DNA of 24,000 nt. It comes from Pseudogulbenkiania sp. MAI-1 (GTDB lineage Bacteria; Pseudomonadota; Gammaproteobacteria; Burkholderiales; Chromobacteriaceae). The position numbers and the translations under genes were made by a program. The notes under the pieces were generated by a model, which was given only the letters and a program-made list of their open reading frames with translations, had not been told where the DNA came from and did no database searches. The DNA is taken from the NCBI RefSeq assembly GCF_000527175.1, contig NZ_AZUR01000001.1:2408913-2432912 (forward strand), in the 5' to 3' direction. Every line of letters begins with the position of its first letter. Positions within the stretch are counted from its first letter, which is position 1. Of this stretch, positions 17,424 to 24,000 are shown piece by piece.

Positions 17424-18613
17424 GCTGTCACCTTCGACGTGGCAGCCTTCAGGCGCTCAAGAAACTGCGGATGCCAGTGCACGCGCGGCATCGGCTTCTC
17501 GTCAGCGAGGATGTGGAAGCTGCCGCGGCGAACGAAGTCCTCCGTGACGTCCTTGCGGATTTGCAGGCCCTTGGACTGGTTCTCTGCCCAGTCATACAGC
17601 TGGCGGCCCGCAGCTTGGTACTCGGCCTCGTTCTGTGGCGCCTTCACCATGGCCCAGCCTTTGGCGCGCTTCCATTCTTCGACCAGGCGCAGCTCGAACT
17701 TGCGAATCTCGTCGCCGACAAGGGCGTTGACACGCGACCAATGTGCGCGTTGGGAGAACGCGCGGTAGAAGTCCAAGATTGCCATCTCCAAGCTGTCGCT
17801 GGACATGGCAATCGCCCGCAGCTGCTCGACGAACTGCCGGGTGTCTTTCATCGCGTCAATTCCCTCGTCAGGGTAGGCGTCGTCGAAGGTTATTGGCAGG
17901 CGCTCGTCGTAATACTCGCTGTTGACCTGCGCAAACTTCGCCCAGACCTCGGCGCCGGTAATGGGCTCGCGCTCGCCCTGGATGAGCTCTATAGCTTCCC
18001 TGAGCCACCACCCTTCCATGCGTTCACGGACATCAGTGCGGAACTTCGCAGCCACCGACCGCAGAAGCGGGGCGAAGGCGGCATCCAGCTCCATGATGCG
18101 CAGCGAACTATCGGCAATCACGATGCGGGCCAAGAAGTCGTCCTGCTGGGTCGCAGTCAACGAGCTGAACTTGTTTTCAATCTGCGCACTCAGCTGCGTC
18201 TTCGAGCCCTTGAGCTCGGTGACGAGCTGCTTTGCGAAGTCAGCTGGCTTGGCATCAGCACCGTAGAGGAAATACCGAAGCAGCGTGGTGGGACCGACGC
18301 GCGCCGTCGTTGCCATGCAATATGAGTGATCGCAGGCAAGGTTGCCATCGCGGATGTACCGGTCGAGCCAGATGCGGACCGACTTCCAAAAGTCGGTCGA
18401 CAGCGTGGCGACGGTCTCGCCGACCTTCTTGTGCTTCAGCGATATCAGCGTCTTTTTGCCGTCGACGTCGCGCAGTTCAACGTCGTCGTCGGCCTCTATG
18501 AGCAGTGCTTGGCTCTCGTCCTGCTTCATCAGGTGCGCCAGCGCGAAGCGAATCTGGTAGACGTAGCCGAGCCCCTGCTCCCCGGCGGCGTACTTGTCTG
18601 TTTGAGTTGCCAC
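17420..18613 (-). CDS. ABC-3C effector component: N-terminal PD-(D/E)xK dsDNA-nuclease-like (DUF4297/Cap4-type) domain plus an ABC-3C C-terminal domain
   Basis: The N-terminal region GLGYVYQIRFALAHL...LLIEADDDVELRD...LISLKHKK has the GF/YxYQ ... D-x-E ... K layout of Cap4-type nuclease domains. GGGAGGA SD lies 3-4 nt before GTG 18613, and the track start at 18706 is an alternative. Translationally coupled to the middle component. Confidence 0.7.
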   Translation of the reverse strand: MATQTDKYAAGEQGLGYVYQIRFALAHLMKQDESQALLIEADDDVELRDVDGKKTLISLKHKKVGETVATLSTDFWKSVRIWLDRYIRDGNLACDHSYCMATTARVGPTTLLRYFLYGADAKPADFAKQLVTELKGSKTQLSAQIENKFSSLTATQQDDFLARIVIADSSLRIMELDAAFAPLLRSVAAKFRTDVRERMEGWWLREAIELIQGEREPITGAEVWAKFAQVNSEYYDERLPITFDDAYPDEGIDAMKDTRQFVEQLRAIAMSSDSLEMAILDFYRAFSQRAHWSRVNALVGDEIRKFELRLVEEWKRAKGWAMVKAPQNEAEYQAAGRQLYDWAENQSKGLQIRKDVTEDFVRRGSFHILADEKPMPRVHWHPQFLERLKAATSKVTA

Positions 18614-18876
18614 TTGTCCTCCCTTGCTTACCCGCAGCCAATCACGGGCGCCTGATACCCATGTACGAAGCATTGCTGATACAGGTGACCAGAAGACTCC
18701 AGGCAATATCTACGAGAATTTATGGCATCTATACGTGGCGCAGCAATGACGTAGGGATTGTGCCAGCCACACTCTCGTTTGTCATCCTGTGAGTATCACT
18801 TGCCTACGGCTGCTTAGGATGCCAAATCACTCGCTGAAAAATCAGGTAAATTAACCCCGGACTCTAAAGCCCACTG

Positions 18877-19124
18877 CTACTGAGAATGGGGGGACGTCGC
18901 AGTCACCTTATCTTCAACGACCAGATGGGTGAGAAAGCTACTGACCTCCGCAGCCCCATGTCGCAGGGGTACCGATGATGGTGAAAGCGCAAAAAGCGCC
19001 GTACCCAATTGTTGACGTATTGCTGCTCGGTGCGCAGGCTGTAGTGCCTGACTCGCAGCGCCTCGCGCAGCACATGGCACAAGCGTGGCGCGGCAGTCCC
19101 ATTTAACTGTGTACTTTCAGGCAT
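18877..19124 (-). pseudogene. intI: Integron-integrase-like (IntI) N-terminal remnant, frameshifted and truncated
   Basis: From ATG 19124: MPESTQLNGTAAPRLCHVLREALRVRHYSLRTEQQYVNNWVRRFLRFHHHRYPCDMG. A -1/+1 shift then continues in another frame as AAEVSSFLTHLVVEDKVTATSPHSQ*. This parallels the IntI N-terminal SAM-like domain pattern R.RHYS.RTE.AYV.W..RF..FH..RHP..MG..EV..FL..LA....VS.STQNQA. None of the catalytic domain remains. Confidence 0.6.
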
Positions 19125-19269
19125 CAGCAACCCCAAAAGCTTGGGAAACAATGAAAATGCAATTACCATAACCAGTTGTACATACAGAAAAACCAAATAC
19201 CTGTATAGGTGCATATCTCATGTTGGGCGTCAGCAGTAAGCCAATTTACCACAGCAGAAGGTACTTAAA

Positions 19270-19683
19270 ATGTCTAAACAGCTTTCGTTAATAGATTATC
19301 CTAGCAGCGATGAAGGGGAAGTGTACGAGCCAGAAAATTCTGTAATCGCATCAGCTTTCATATCAAATGAAGTAATACACAACCTCGAAAGACTAGGGGT
19401 ATTTGAAAAATTTCGCCTTTATGAAGACTCGAGCTTGAGTGATTTTGTTGAACAAACCCGAATCAAGCAAGATATGATTGACAGTGCTTTAAGGGAGATT
19501 GAATCTGAATTTATTAGATTATTAGATTCAAAAGTGGTTAATGAAATAAAGAAAATTCAATCCAATGAATCTATTGATGCATTGATCTGTGAATTCAACG
19601 TAATAACAAACATATATCATATCTTGAGGCTGAAAAATAATAATTTTTCAAGCATCTCCTCCGCAATTATTAAATTGGGGTGA
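19270..19683 (+). CDS. Hypothetical acidic, predicted-helical protein (137 aa)
   Basis: AT-rich codon usage that is foreign to the rest of the window. GAAGG SD 9 nt upstream. The stop is 3 nt before the start of the next gene. I recognise no family. Confidence 0.6.
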   Translation: MSKQLSLIDYPSSDEGEVYEPENSVIASAFISNEVIHNLERLGVFEKFRLYEDSSLSDFVEQTRIKQDMIDSALREIESEFIRLLDSKVVNEIKKIQSNESIDALICEFNVITNIYHILRLKNNNFSSISSAIIKLG

Positions 19684-19686
19684 GCG

Positions 19687-20235
19687 ATGAGTGAAAATAT
19701 CGGAAAAGATGGAGAAATGCGCTTCGCAATCACGATTGCAGGGGCTTCTATCAGAGAGAATGGCCTCGACTTTACGCGCCACACGGTAACCAACCAGCCG
19801 GACCTTGGTGTCGATTACTCTGCAAAAGGCCCTGCGGAAGTACTGATTTCATTTTGTGAAATTGGCACAGGCACTGAACTTGGGGTCATTAGAGAAGCGT
19901 TTGGGCAGCCTGACCGTAAAATTGAGGCTAGGTTCGATATAAAAACGACTGAAGAAAAGTTAGCAGGAGACACTGTTGAGAAATTTGTTTCAGATGTAAA
20001 AAAACATCCGACCACTGACCTGCATGTTTTAGCTGGGGGTTCCGGTCTAACAAAATCAGCCCAAGCAAAGTTTGAAACGTATAGCGCAGCACTTCAAGAA
20101 GATGGGAAAGCACTCGTTTACATTCCTAATCAAGGGCTGGCAAAACTAGCATCCGAATATAAGCCAGAGATTCTTAGTGCGCTTGGTGGCCCGACAGGAA
20201 CGGACGAAAGCGGCCCTGGAAGCGAAAGCAAGTAA
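19687..20235 (+). CDS. Putative PD-(D/E)xK (Mrr-cat/restriction-endonuclease-like) nuclease (182 aa)
   Basis: Motif order typical of Mrr-like cores: GKDGE(10)MRFA, then QPD(39)LGVD(43)Y, then ARFD(84)IK(86)T, followed by the ...VxxFxxxV...(long-stretch)...GLTKSAQAKFE layout. Motif recognition by eye only. Confidence 0.5.
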   Translation: MSENIGKDGEMRFAITIAGASIRENGLDFTRHTVTNQPDLGVDYSAKGPAEVLISFCEIGTGTELGVIREAFGQPDRKIEARFDIKTTEEKLAGDTVEKFVSDVKKHPTTDLHVLAGGSGLTKSAQAKFETYSAALQEDGKALVYIPNQGLAKLASEYKPEILSALGGPTGTDESGPGSESK

Positions 20236-20260
20236 TTACGATGCACCTAAAAAATCGTTG

Positions 20261-20316
20261 CACCTGACAAGTTTGCCAGGCCCAGCTTTCAGCCGTTCCA
20301 GTCAAACTTGCAGGTG
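20261..20316. repeat. 56-nt imperfect inverted repeat just after the nuclease-like gene
   Basis: CACCTGaCAAGTTTG (20261-20275) pairs with CAAACTTGCAGGTG (20303-20316). That gives 14 paired bases with one extrahelical A (20267) and a 27-nt loop. No U-tract follows. Confidence 0.5.
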
Positions 20317-20445
20317 AGCTTTACGTTGGGCATTTTGAAAATGACTGCGGTCTCGATTTATCGCTTCAAAGATCGGTGGGTTTGAATCGCCCCTGATTTG
20401 CTAGTCGCCTAGGTGGCTGCTAACGTATCGGAAAGCAGCCATTCG

Positions 20446-20718
20446 TTATAGAAAGAACGAACATCCGCTTTGGCCGAATTGTGCGCGTAGCTTGCCCGTC
20501 AGGTTCTGGAACTGAGCAGTCGCTCGAATGACTGCTCTGTGAGACATGCGGTCGGCTGCAGTTGGCCGGTAGCACCAGTTTAGCCATACCTCCGGAAAGC
20601 GGCCATTGAGGTCGAGTAGGCCGCCGAATGCCTGCTTTCGGGTAAGCGTCCCCGAAGGCAGGCCACGGCCATAAGCGGCCTTATGCCACCCACAAGACAA
20701 CCAGTCATTTTGGTTCAC
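20446..20718 (-). CDS. Hypothetical protein (90 aa), doubtful
   Basis: GTG start without a clear SD, intermediate base composition, no recognisable motif. It contains an 8-bp-stem inverted repeat GAGCAGTC/GACTGCTC. Confidence 0.25.
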   Translation of the reverse strand: MNQNDWLSCGWHKAAYGRGLPSGTLTRKQAFGGLLDLNGRFPEVWLNWCYRPTAADRMSHRAVIRATAQFQNLTGKLRAQFGQSGCSFFL

Positions 20719-20772
20719 TTCAGGCCATTCAATAGCCGAATTCGAGACAGACTGTGCTTCGCTCCAATCAGG

Positions 20773-21558
20773 CTACAACTGCACGATCCGTTTGCGGAAC
20801 TCGTCTGGCGTCGCTCCCATCAACCGGTGGAACATCGCGATGAAAGCGGACGACGTGCTGTAGCCCAACTCCAGCGCCACCGTCTGCACGGTCAGCCCAT
20901 CCTCGAGCATCGAAAGCGCCCGCACCAGCCGCAACCGCTGTCGCCACTCCACGAACGACATGCCAAGGTCGCGCTGACAGCGCCGCGACAACGTGCGCTC
21001 GGTACTGTGCACCACACTTGCCCACGCCTCCAGCGGGCGATTGTCGCCCGGCTGCTGGCGCAGTGCCTCTAGCACCTGGCCCAGTGCCCGGTCTTCGGAG
21101 ATCGGCAGATAGGTATCCTGGCGTGGCGCCAGACTCATCTGGTCGACCAGCACCTGCATCAGCCGTTCGTCGTCGTTGCTACGCGGATAGTCTACCTGGC
21201 GCGCCACCAGGTCGGCCAGGATCGCCTTGCTGATGGGGCCGACCGCCAGCGTACACACTTCGGTGGGCAGCCTGCCGCAACGCTCTGACGCAATGTCCAA
21301 CACGCAATAGCAAGCCTCTGACCGCGTACTGGCCCCATGCTCCGTCTGCGGAGGCAGCCACAGACCGTAATGAGGTGGCGTCAGGTACTGGCGGCTTCCC
21401 ACGGTCAGTTCGATCACGCCACTGAACGAGAACACAAATTCTCCCCAGTTGTGGCGCTCCGTCGGGTAGGTCGTCACCTCGTTCAGCCGCATCGTCCGGA
21501 AAACCAGCGAATGCGGCAGGGACGTCCCGAACGGATACGAAATTTGAGCGCCAGGCAT
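20773..21558 (-). CDS. AraC-family transcriptional regulator (N-terminal cupin-like sensor, C-terminal double HTH)
   Basis: C-terminal AraC signature region LEAWASVVHSTERTLSRRCQRDLGMSFVEWRQRLRLVRALSMLEDG.TVQTVALELGYSTSSAFIAMFHRLMGATPDEF. Confidence 0.9.
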   Translation of the reverse strand: MPGAQISYPFGTSLPHSLVFRTMRLNEVTTYPTERHNWGEFVFSFSGVIELTVGSRQYLTPPHYGLWLPPQTEHGASTRSEACYCVLDIASERCGRLPTEVCTLAVGPISKAILADLVARQVDYPRSNDDERLMQVLVDQMSLAPRQDTYLPISEDRALGQVLEALRQQPGDNRPLEAWASVVHSTERTLSRRCQRDLGMSFVEWRQRLRLVRALSMLEDGLTVQTVALELGYSTSSAFIAMFHRLMGATPDEFRKRIVQL

Positions 21559-21716
21559 CTTGTCGGAAACCTCGTATGCGTTGTCTGGTTTTCATTATAT
21601 CCATGTAGACCGCCACCTCCACAATGATTTCCGTGGGTGAAGGCGCTTTGGCTCGAGTCAGGCGAGAACCTTCAGACACTGTTCTTGTTAAGTCATAGCC
21701 ACCATGAGGTACCCAA

Positions 21717-22748
21717 ATGAAGGCTCTCGATACACTTGCTCAACTTCCCAGACTCAATCTGCGAGGATTTACCTCGCCCGTGCAATACCTCGAACGCTTC
21801 AGCGCGGAAATCGGCATCGAGGTATGGTGCAAGCGCGACGATATCGGTACGGTTGGCCTTGCCGGTAACAAGGTGCGCAAGCTCGAAGTCGAACTCGCGT
21901 ACGCCATCGCCCAAGGCGCCAGGCACCTGGTTGCCGAAGGTTCGCGTCTTTCCAACGCGGCGCGCGCAGTTGCAGCGGCGGCGGCGGCCACTGGTCTTCG
22001 CTGCACGCTTGTGCTGTGCCACGACGAACCATGTGAGCCAGTGGGCAATCTGCTTCTGGACGGACTGTTCGGGGCGCATCTGCGATTCGTTGGCAATGCC
22101 AGCTGGGCTGAACTCGCTCAGCATGCCGAGGAGGTGGTGACCGAACTCGAGAATGCGGGGGAGCGTGTCTATCGGCTTCCCATCGGCTGTGCCTCGGAGA
22201 GAAGTTCCTTAGGCTTTGCCCTCGCATACGCTGAGCTTCACGCTCAAATGGCCGCGCAAGGGCGTGAGGTTGGCACCATCGTGCACGCCAGTTCATCGGG
22301 GGGAACCCACTCGGGACTGGTGCTTGGCAATGCGCTTCACGAGTCGCCGAGCACGATCCGAGGCATCGTCGTCGCCGGGGAGGTCTATGACGATGTTCCG
22401 GGTCAATACCTCGCCTTTGCGCAGGGCGGTGCACGTCTGATCGGCGCGGAGGTTGAACTGACGCGCAGCGACATCAATCTCACCGAGGACTATCTCGGGG
22501 ACGGCTACGGGCTGCCCGCTCCCGGGGTGATGGAGGCGATCGATCTTCTTGCCACGACCGAAGGCATACTCGTGGATCCGGTCTACAGCGCCAAGGCTGT
22601 CGCTGCGCTCATCGATCTCGCTGCAAGGGACGAATTGGAAGGCCCTGTTGTCTTCTGGCACACGGGCGGGTATCACTCGCTCTTCGATCCTCATTACTCG
22701 CGGAAAGTCTGGACCGAGATCGAACGGCTTTCTGCCGTGCGGCTGTAG
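21717..22748 (+). CDS. PLP-dependent 1-aminocyclopropane-1-carboxylate deaminase / D-cysteine desulfhydrase family enzyme
   Basis: 343 aa. GNKVRKLE motif with the PLP-binding Lys, SSGGTHSG loop and WHTGG near the C-terminus. GAGG SD 7 nt upstream. Divergent from the AraC gene. Confidence 0.88.
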   Translation: MKALDTLAQLPRLNLRGFTSPVQYLERFSAEIGIEVWCKRDDIGTVGLAGNKVRKLEVELAYAIAQGARHLVAEGSRLSNAARAVAAAAAATGLRCTLVLCHDEPCEPVGNLLLDGLFGAHLRFVGNASWAELAQHAEEVVTELENAGERVYRLPIGCASERSSLGFALAYAELHAQMAAQGREVGTIVHASSSGGTHSGLVLGNALHESPSTIRGIVVAGEVYDDVPGQYLAFAQGGARLIGAEVELTRSDINLTEDYLGDGYGLPAPGVMEAIDLLATTEGILVDPVYSAKAVAALIDLAARDELEGPVVFWHTGGYHSLFDPHYSRKVWTEIERLSAVRL

Positions 22749-23304
22749 CTCGTCGAGCGCAAGGCATCCGCCGGAGGCGCTCTGGCTAGTTCAGCCGGAG
22801 CGTCTCGCCCTCGGGTAGAGTTGTCTTCGAGGCACCTTGCCGGTTCAAGTCGGAGAAGCCCGGCGATCTCGTGGAACTGGCCAGCCCGCTTTTTCCTGAT
22901 TCACCACTCGGCCTCTCAGGGCGGCTCGGTCGCCCTGTGCTCATCCATCCGGCCTGACGCCGGACCACGCCGAACAGGAACACAACGACGTCTACCGAGC
23001 CGGTGGTCGCTTGTTCGGCCTTTCTTAGATGAATGGCCACATTGCCGGGGAGAGCGGCCAATTCGCCGGCCAGTGGCCACAGTGAGTACGCATTCCACAA
23101 AGTTGAAAGCTGCCATTCAGTAGTATTTCAAGCCAATGTCTGGTGTGCGGCTCATAGCTGTCCTAGCTGACTCAGTACGTCACCGGCAGCTCAGGCCGAG
23201 GTACAGAAGTTGGGCGACCGGCAGTTCTCCTCCGAGTCACTCGGTCGGCCACAATAGCCGATCAAGTTGCGCTTACACTCAACGCGCCCTGCCGGGCGTC
23301 CAAT

Positions 23305-23338
23305 GAAAATGCCCCGCACTAGGCGGGGCAGCTTTTCA
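23305..23338. terminator. Bidirectional rho-independent terminator downstream of acnB
   Basis: TGCCCCGC (23310-23317), loop actag, GCGGGGCA (23323-23330). It is flanked by ATTTTCATT on the minus strand and GCTTTTCAC on the plus strand. Confidence 0.6.
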
Positions 23339-23420
23339 CATTGGGGGTATCCTTGGGGGTATCAATCAGCAGAAAGCCGCCTCAGAGAAAATCACCACAA
23401 CACGGAAACCCTTACTGCGC

Positions 23421-24000
23421 TTAGACATTGACAGTGTCGGCCACTTCCTTGAACTCGTCGATCTGGTCGAAGTTCATGTACTTGTAGACATCGGCAGCCT
23501 GTTTGTTGATGACGCCGATATCGGCCATGTACTCTTCCTTGCTCGGGATGCGGCCCAGCTTGGAGCAGATCGCAGCCAGTTCCGCCGAGCCGAGATACAC
23601 ATTGGTGTTCTTGCCCAGACGGTTCGGGAAGTTACGGGTCGAGGTCGACATCACGGTGGCACCCTCGCGCACCTGGGCCTGGTTACCCATGCACAGCGAG
23701 CAGCCCGGCATTTCGGTGCGGGCACCGGCGGTGCCGAACACGCCGTAGTGGCCTTCGTTGGTCAGCTGCTGAGCGTCCATCTTGGTCGGCGGGGCCACCC
23801 ACAGCTTGACCGGGATGTCGCGCTTGCCTTCCAGCAGCTTGGAGGCGGCACGGAAGTGACCGATGTTGGTCATGCAGGAACCGATGAACACTTCGTCAAT
23901 CTTGGCGCCGGCCACGTCGGACAGGGTCTTCACGTCGTCCGGGTCGTTCGGGCAGGCCACGATCGGCTCATGGATATCGGCAAGGTCGATCTCGATCACG
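23421..24000 (-). CDS. acnB: Aconitate hydratase B, C-terminal part (gene continues beyond the right edge)
   Basis: [13 protein letters not shown]...[10 protein letters not shown]...[10 protein letters not shown]...[12 protein letters not shown]...YMNFDQI is collinear with the AcnB C-terminal swivel/catalytic region, including the Fe-S ligand Cys motifs. Confidence 0.92.
   Translation of the reverse strand, partial: VIEIDLADIHEPIVACPNDPDDVKTLSDVAGAKIDEVFIGSCMTNIGHFRAASKLLEGKRDIPVKLWVAPPTKMDAQQLTNEGHYGVFGTAGARTEMPGCSLCMGNQAQVREGATVMSTSTRNFPNRLGKNTNVYLGSAELAAICSKLGRIPSKEEYMADIGVINKQAADVYKYMNFDQIDEFKEVADTVNV

Larger units (their letters stand above)
18800..20331. mobile_element. Degenerate integron-like module (intI remnant, attI-like core, one AT-rich two-gene unit)
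   Basis: The intI remnant is transcribed leftward. GTTGGGC (GTTRRRY) lies 98 bp upstream of its ATG at 19222-19228. AT-rich ORFs are transcribed rightward from there, and a second GTTGGGC lies at 20325-20331. I found no canonical attC, so this call is tentative. Confidence 0.35.

Noticed and set aside
15471-18325. Plus-strand ORFs opposite the integrase (15471..15848), the middle component (17041..17547) and the effector (17408..18325, 305 aa)
   Set aside because: They are antisense to genes with recognisable catalytic or family motifs, and their composition is shadow-like.
20236-20331. Search for a canonical attC (R'' RYYYAAC ... R' GTTRRRY paired in one stem) after the nuclease-like gene
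   Set aside because: R' GTTGGGC is present, but I found no complementary GCCCAAC-type R'' upstream. The 56-nt inverted repeat does not include the core site, so I do not call an attC and leave the integron idea as a hypothesis.
20369-20376. Fourth occurrence of AAGATCGG, the core of the fic-upstream repeats
   Set aside because: A single isolated 8-mer far from fic. One chance occurrence per window is expected.
21736-22694. Multiple ORFs on both strands overlapping the ACC-deaminase-family gene (e.g. 21799..22434 minus, 211 aa)
   Set aside because: Only the 21717..22748 plus frame carries the PLP-enzyme motifs (GNKVRKLE and others). The rest are GC-rich shadows.

Overview
GC-rich proteobacterial chromosome segment; I cannot assign a species from the sequence alone. 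Both ends look like housekeeping DNA, all on the minus strand. From the left these are a partial FAD-dependent oxidoreductase (1-858), a LivHMGF-type ABC importer with no binding-protein gene (1325-4843), and a 1205-aa bifunctional PutA lacking the N-terminal DNA-binding domain (4994-8611). The 3' end of acnB sits at the right edge (23421-24000). The roughly 15 kb between putA and acnB is compositionally mosaic accessory DNA. It holds a hypothetical gene and a HugZ/PNPOx-like gene (9175-10516), then a cluster of unknown genes (10901-13026) in which two genes are preceded by near-identical promoter-like motifs, and a small convergent gene pair (13123-13541). Next comes a class II Fic protein (13934-15235) and an AT-richer tyrosine recombinase whose reading frame runs on into the antisense of fic (15135-16253). 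After that is an ABC-3C-type three-gene conflict operon whose ABC ATPase stops after about 90 codons (16663-18613), followed by a frameshifted N-terminal remnant of an integron-type integrase (about 18877-19124). Directly in the cassette position sits an AT-rich two-gene module: a small acidic helical protein plus a PD-(D/E)xK (Mrr-like) nuclease candidate (19270-20235). The region ends with a divergent AraC regulator and ACC-deaminase/D-cysteine-desulfhydrase-family pair (20773-22748). I found no rRNA, tRNA or CRISPR array. My best candidates for an undescribed system are the 19270-20235 gene pair and the 10901-13026 cluster. The ABC-3C operon is a recognisable but apparently decayed defence-type system. 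All family assignments come from motif recognition by eye, not from database searches.
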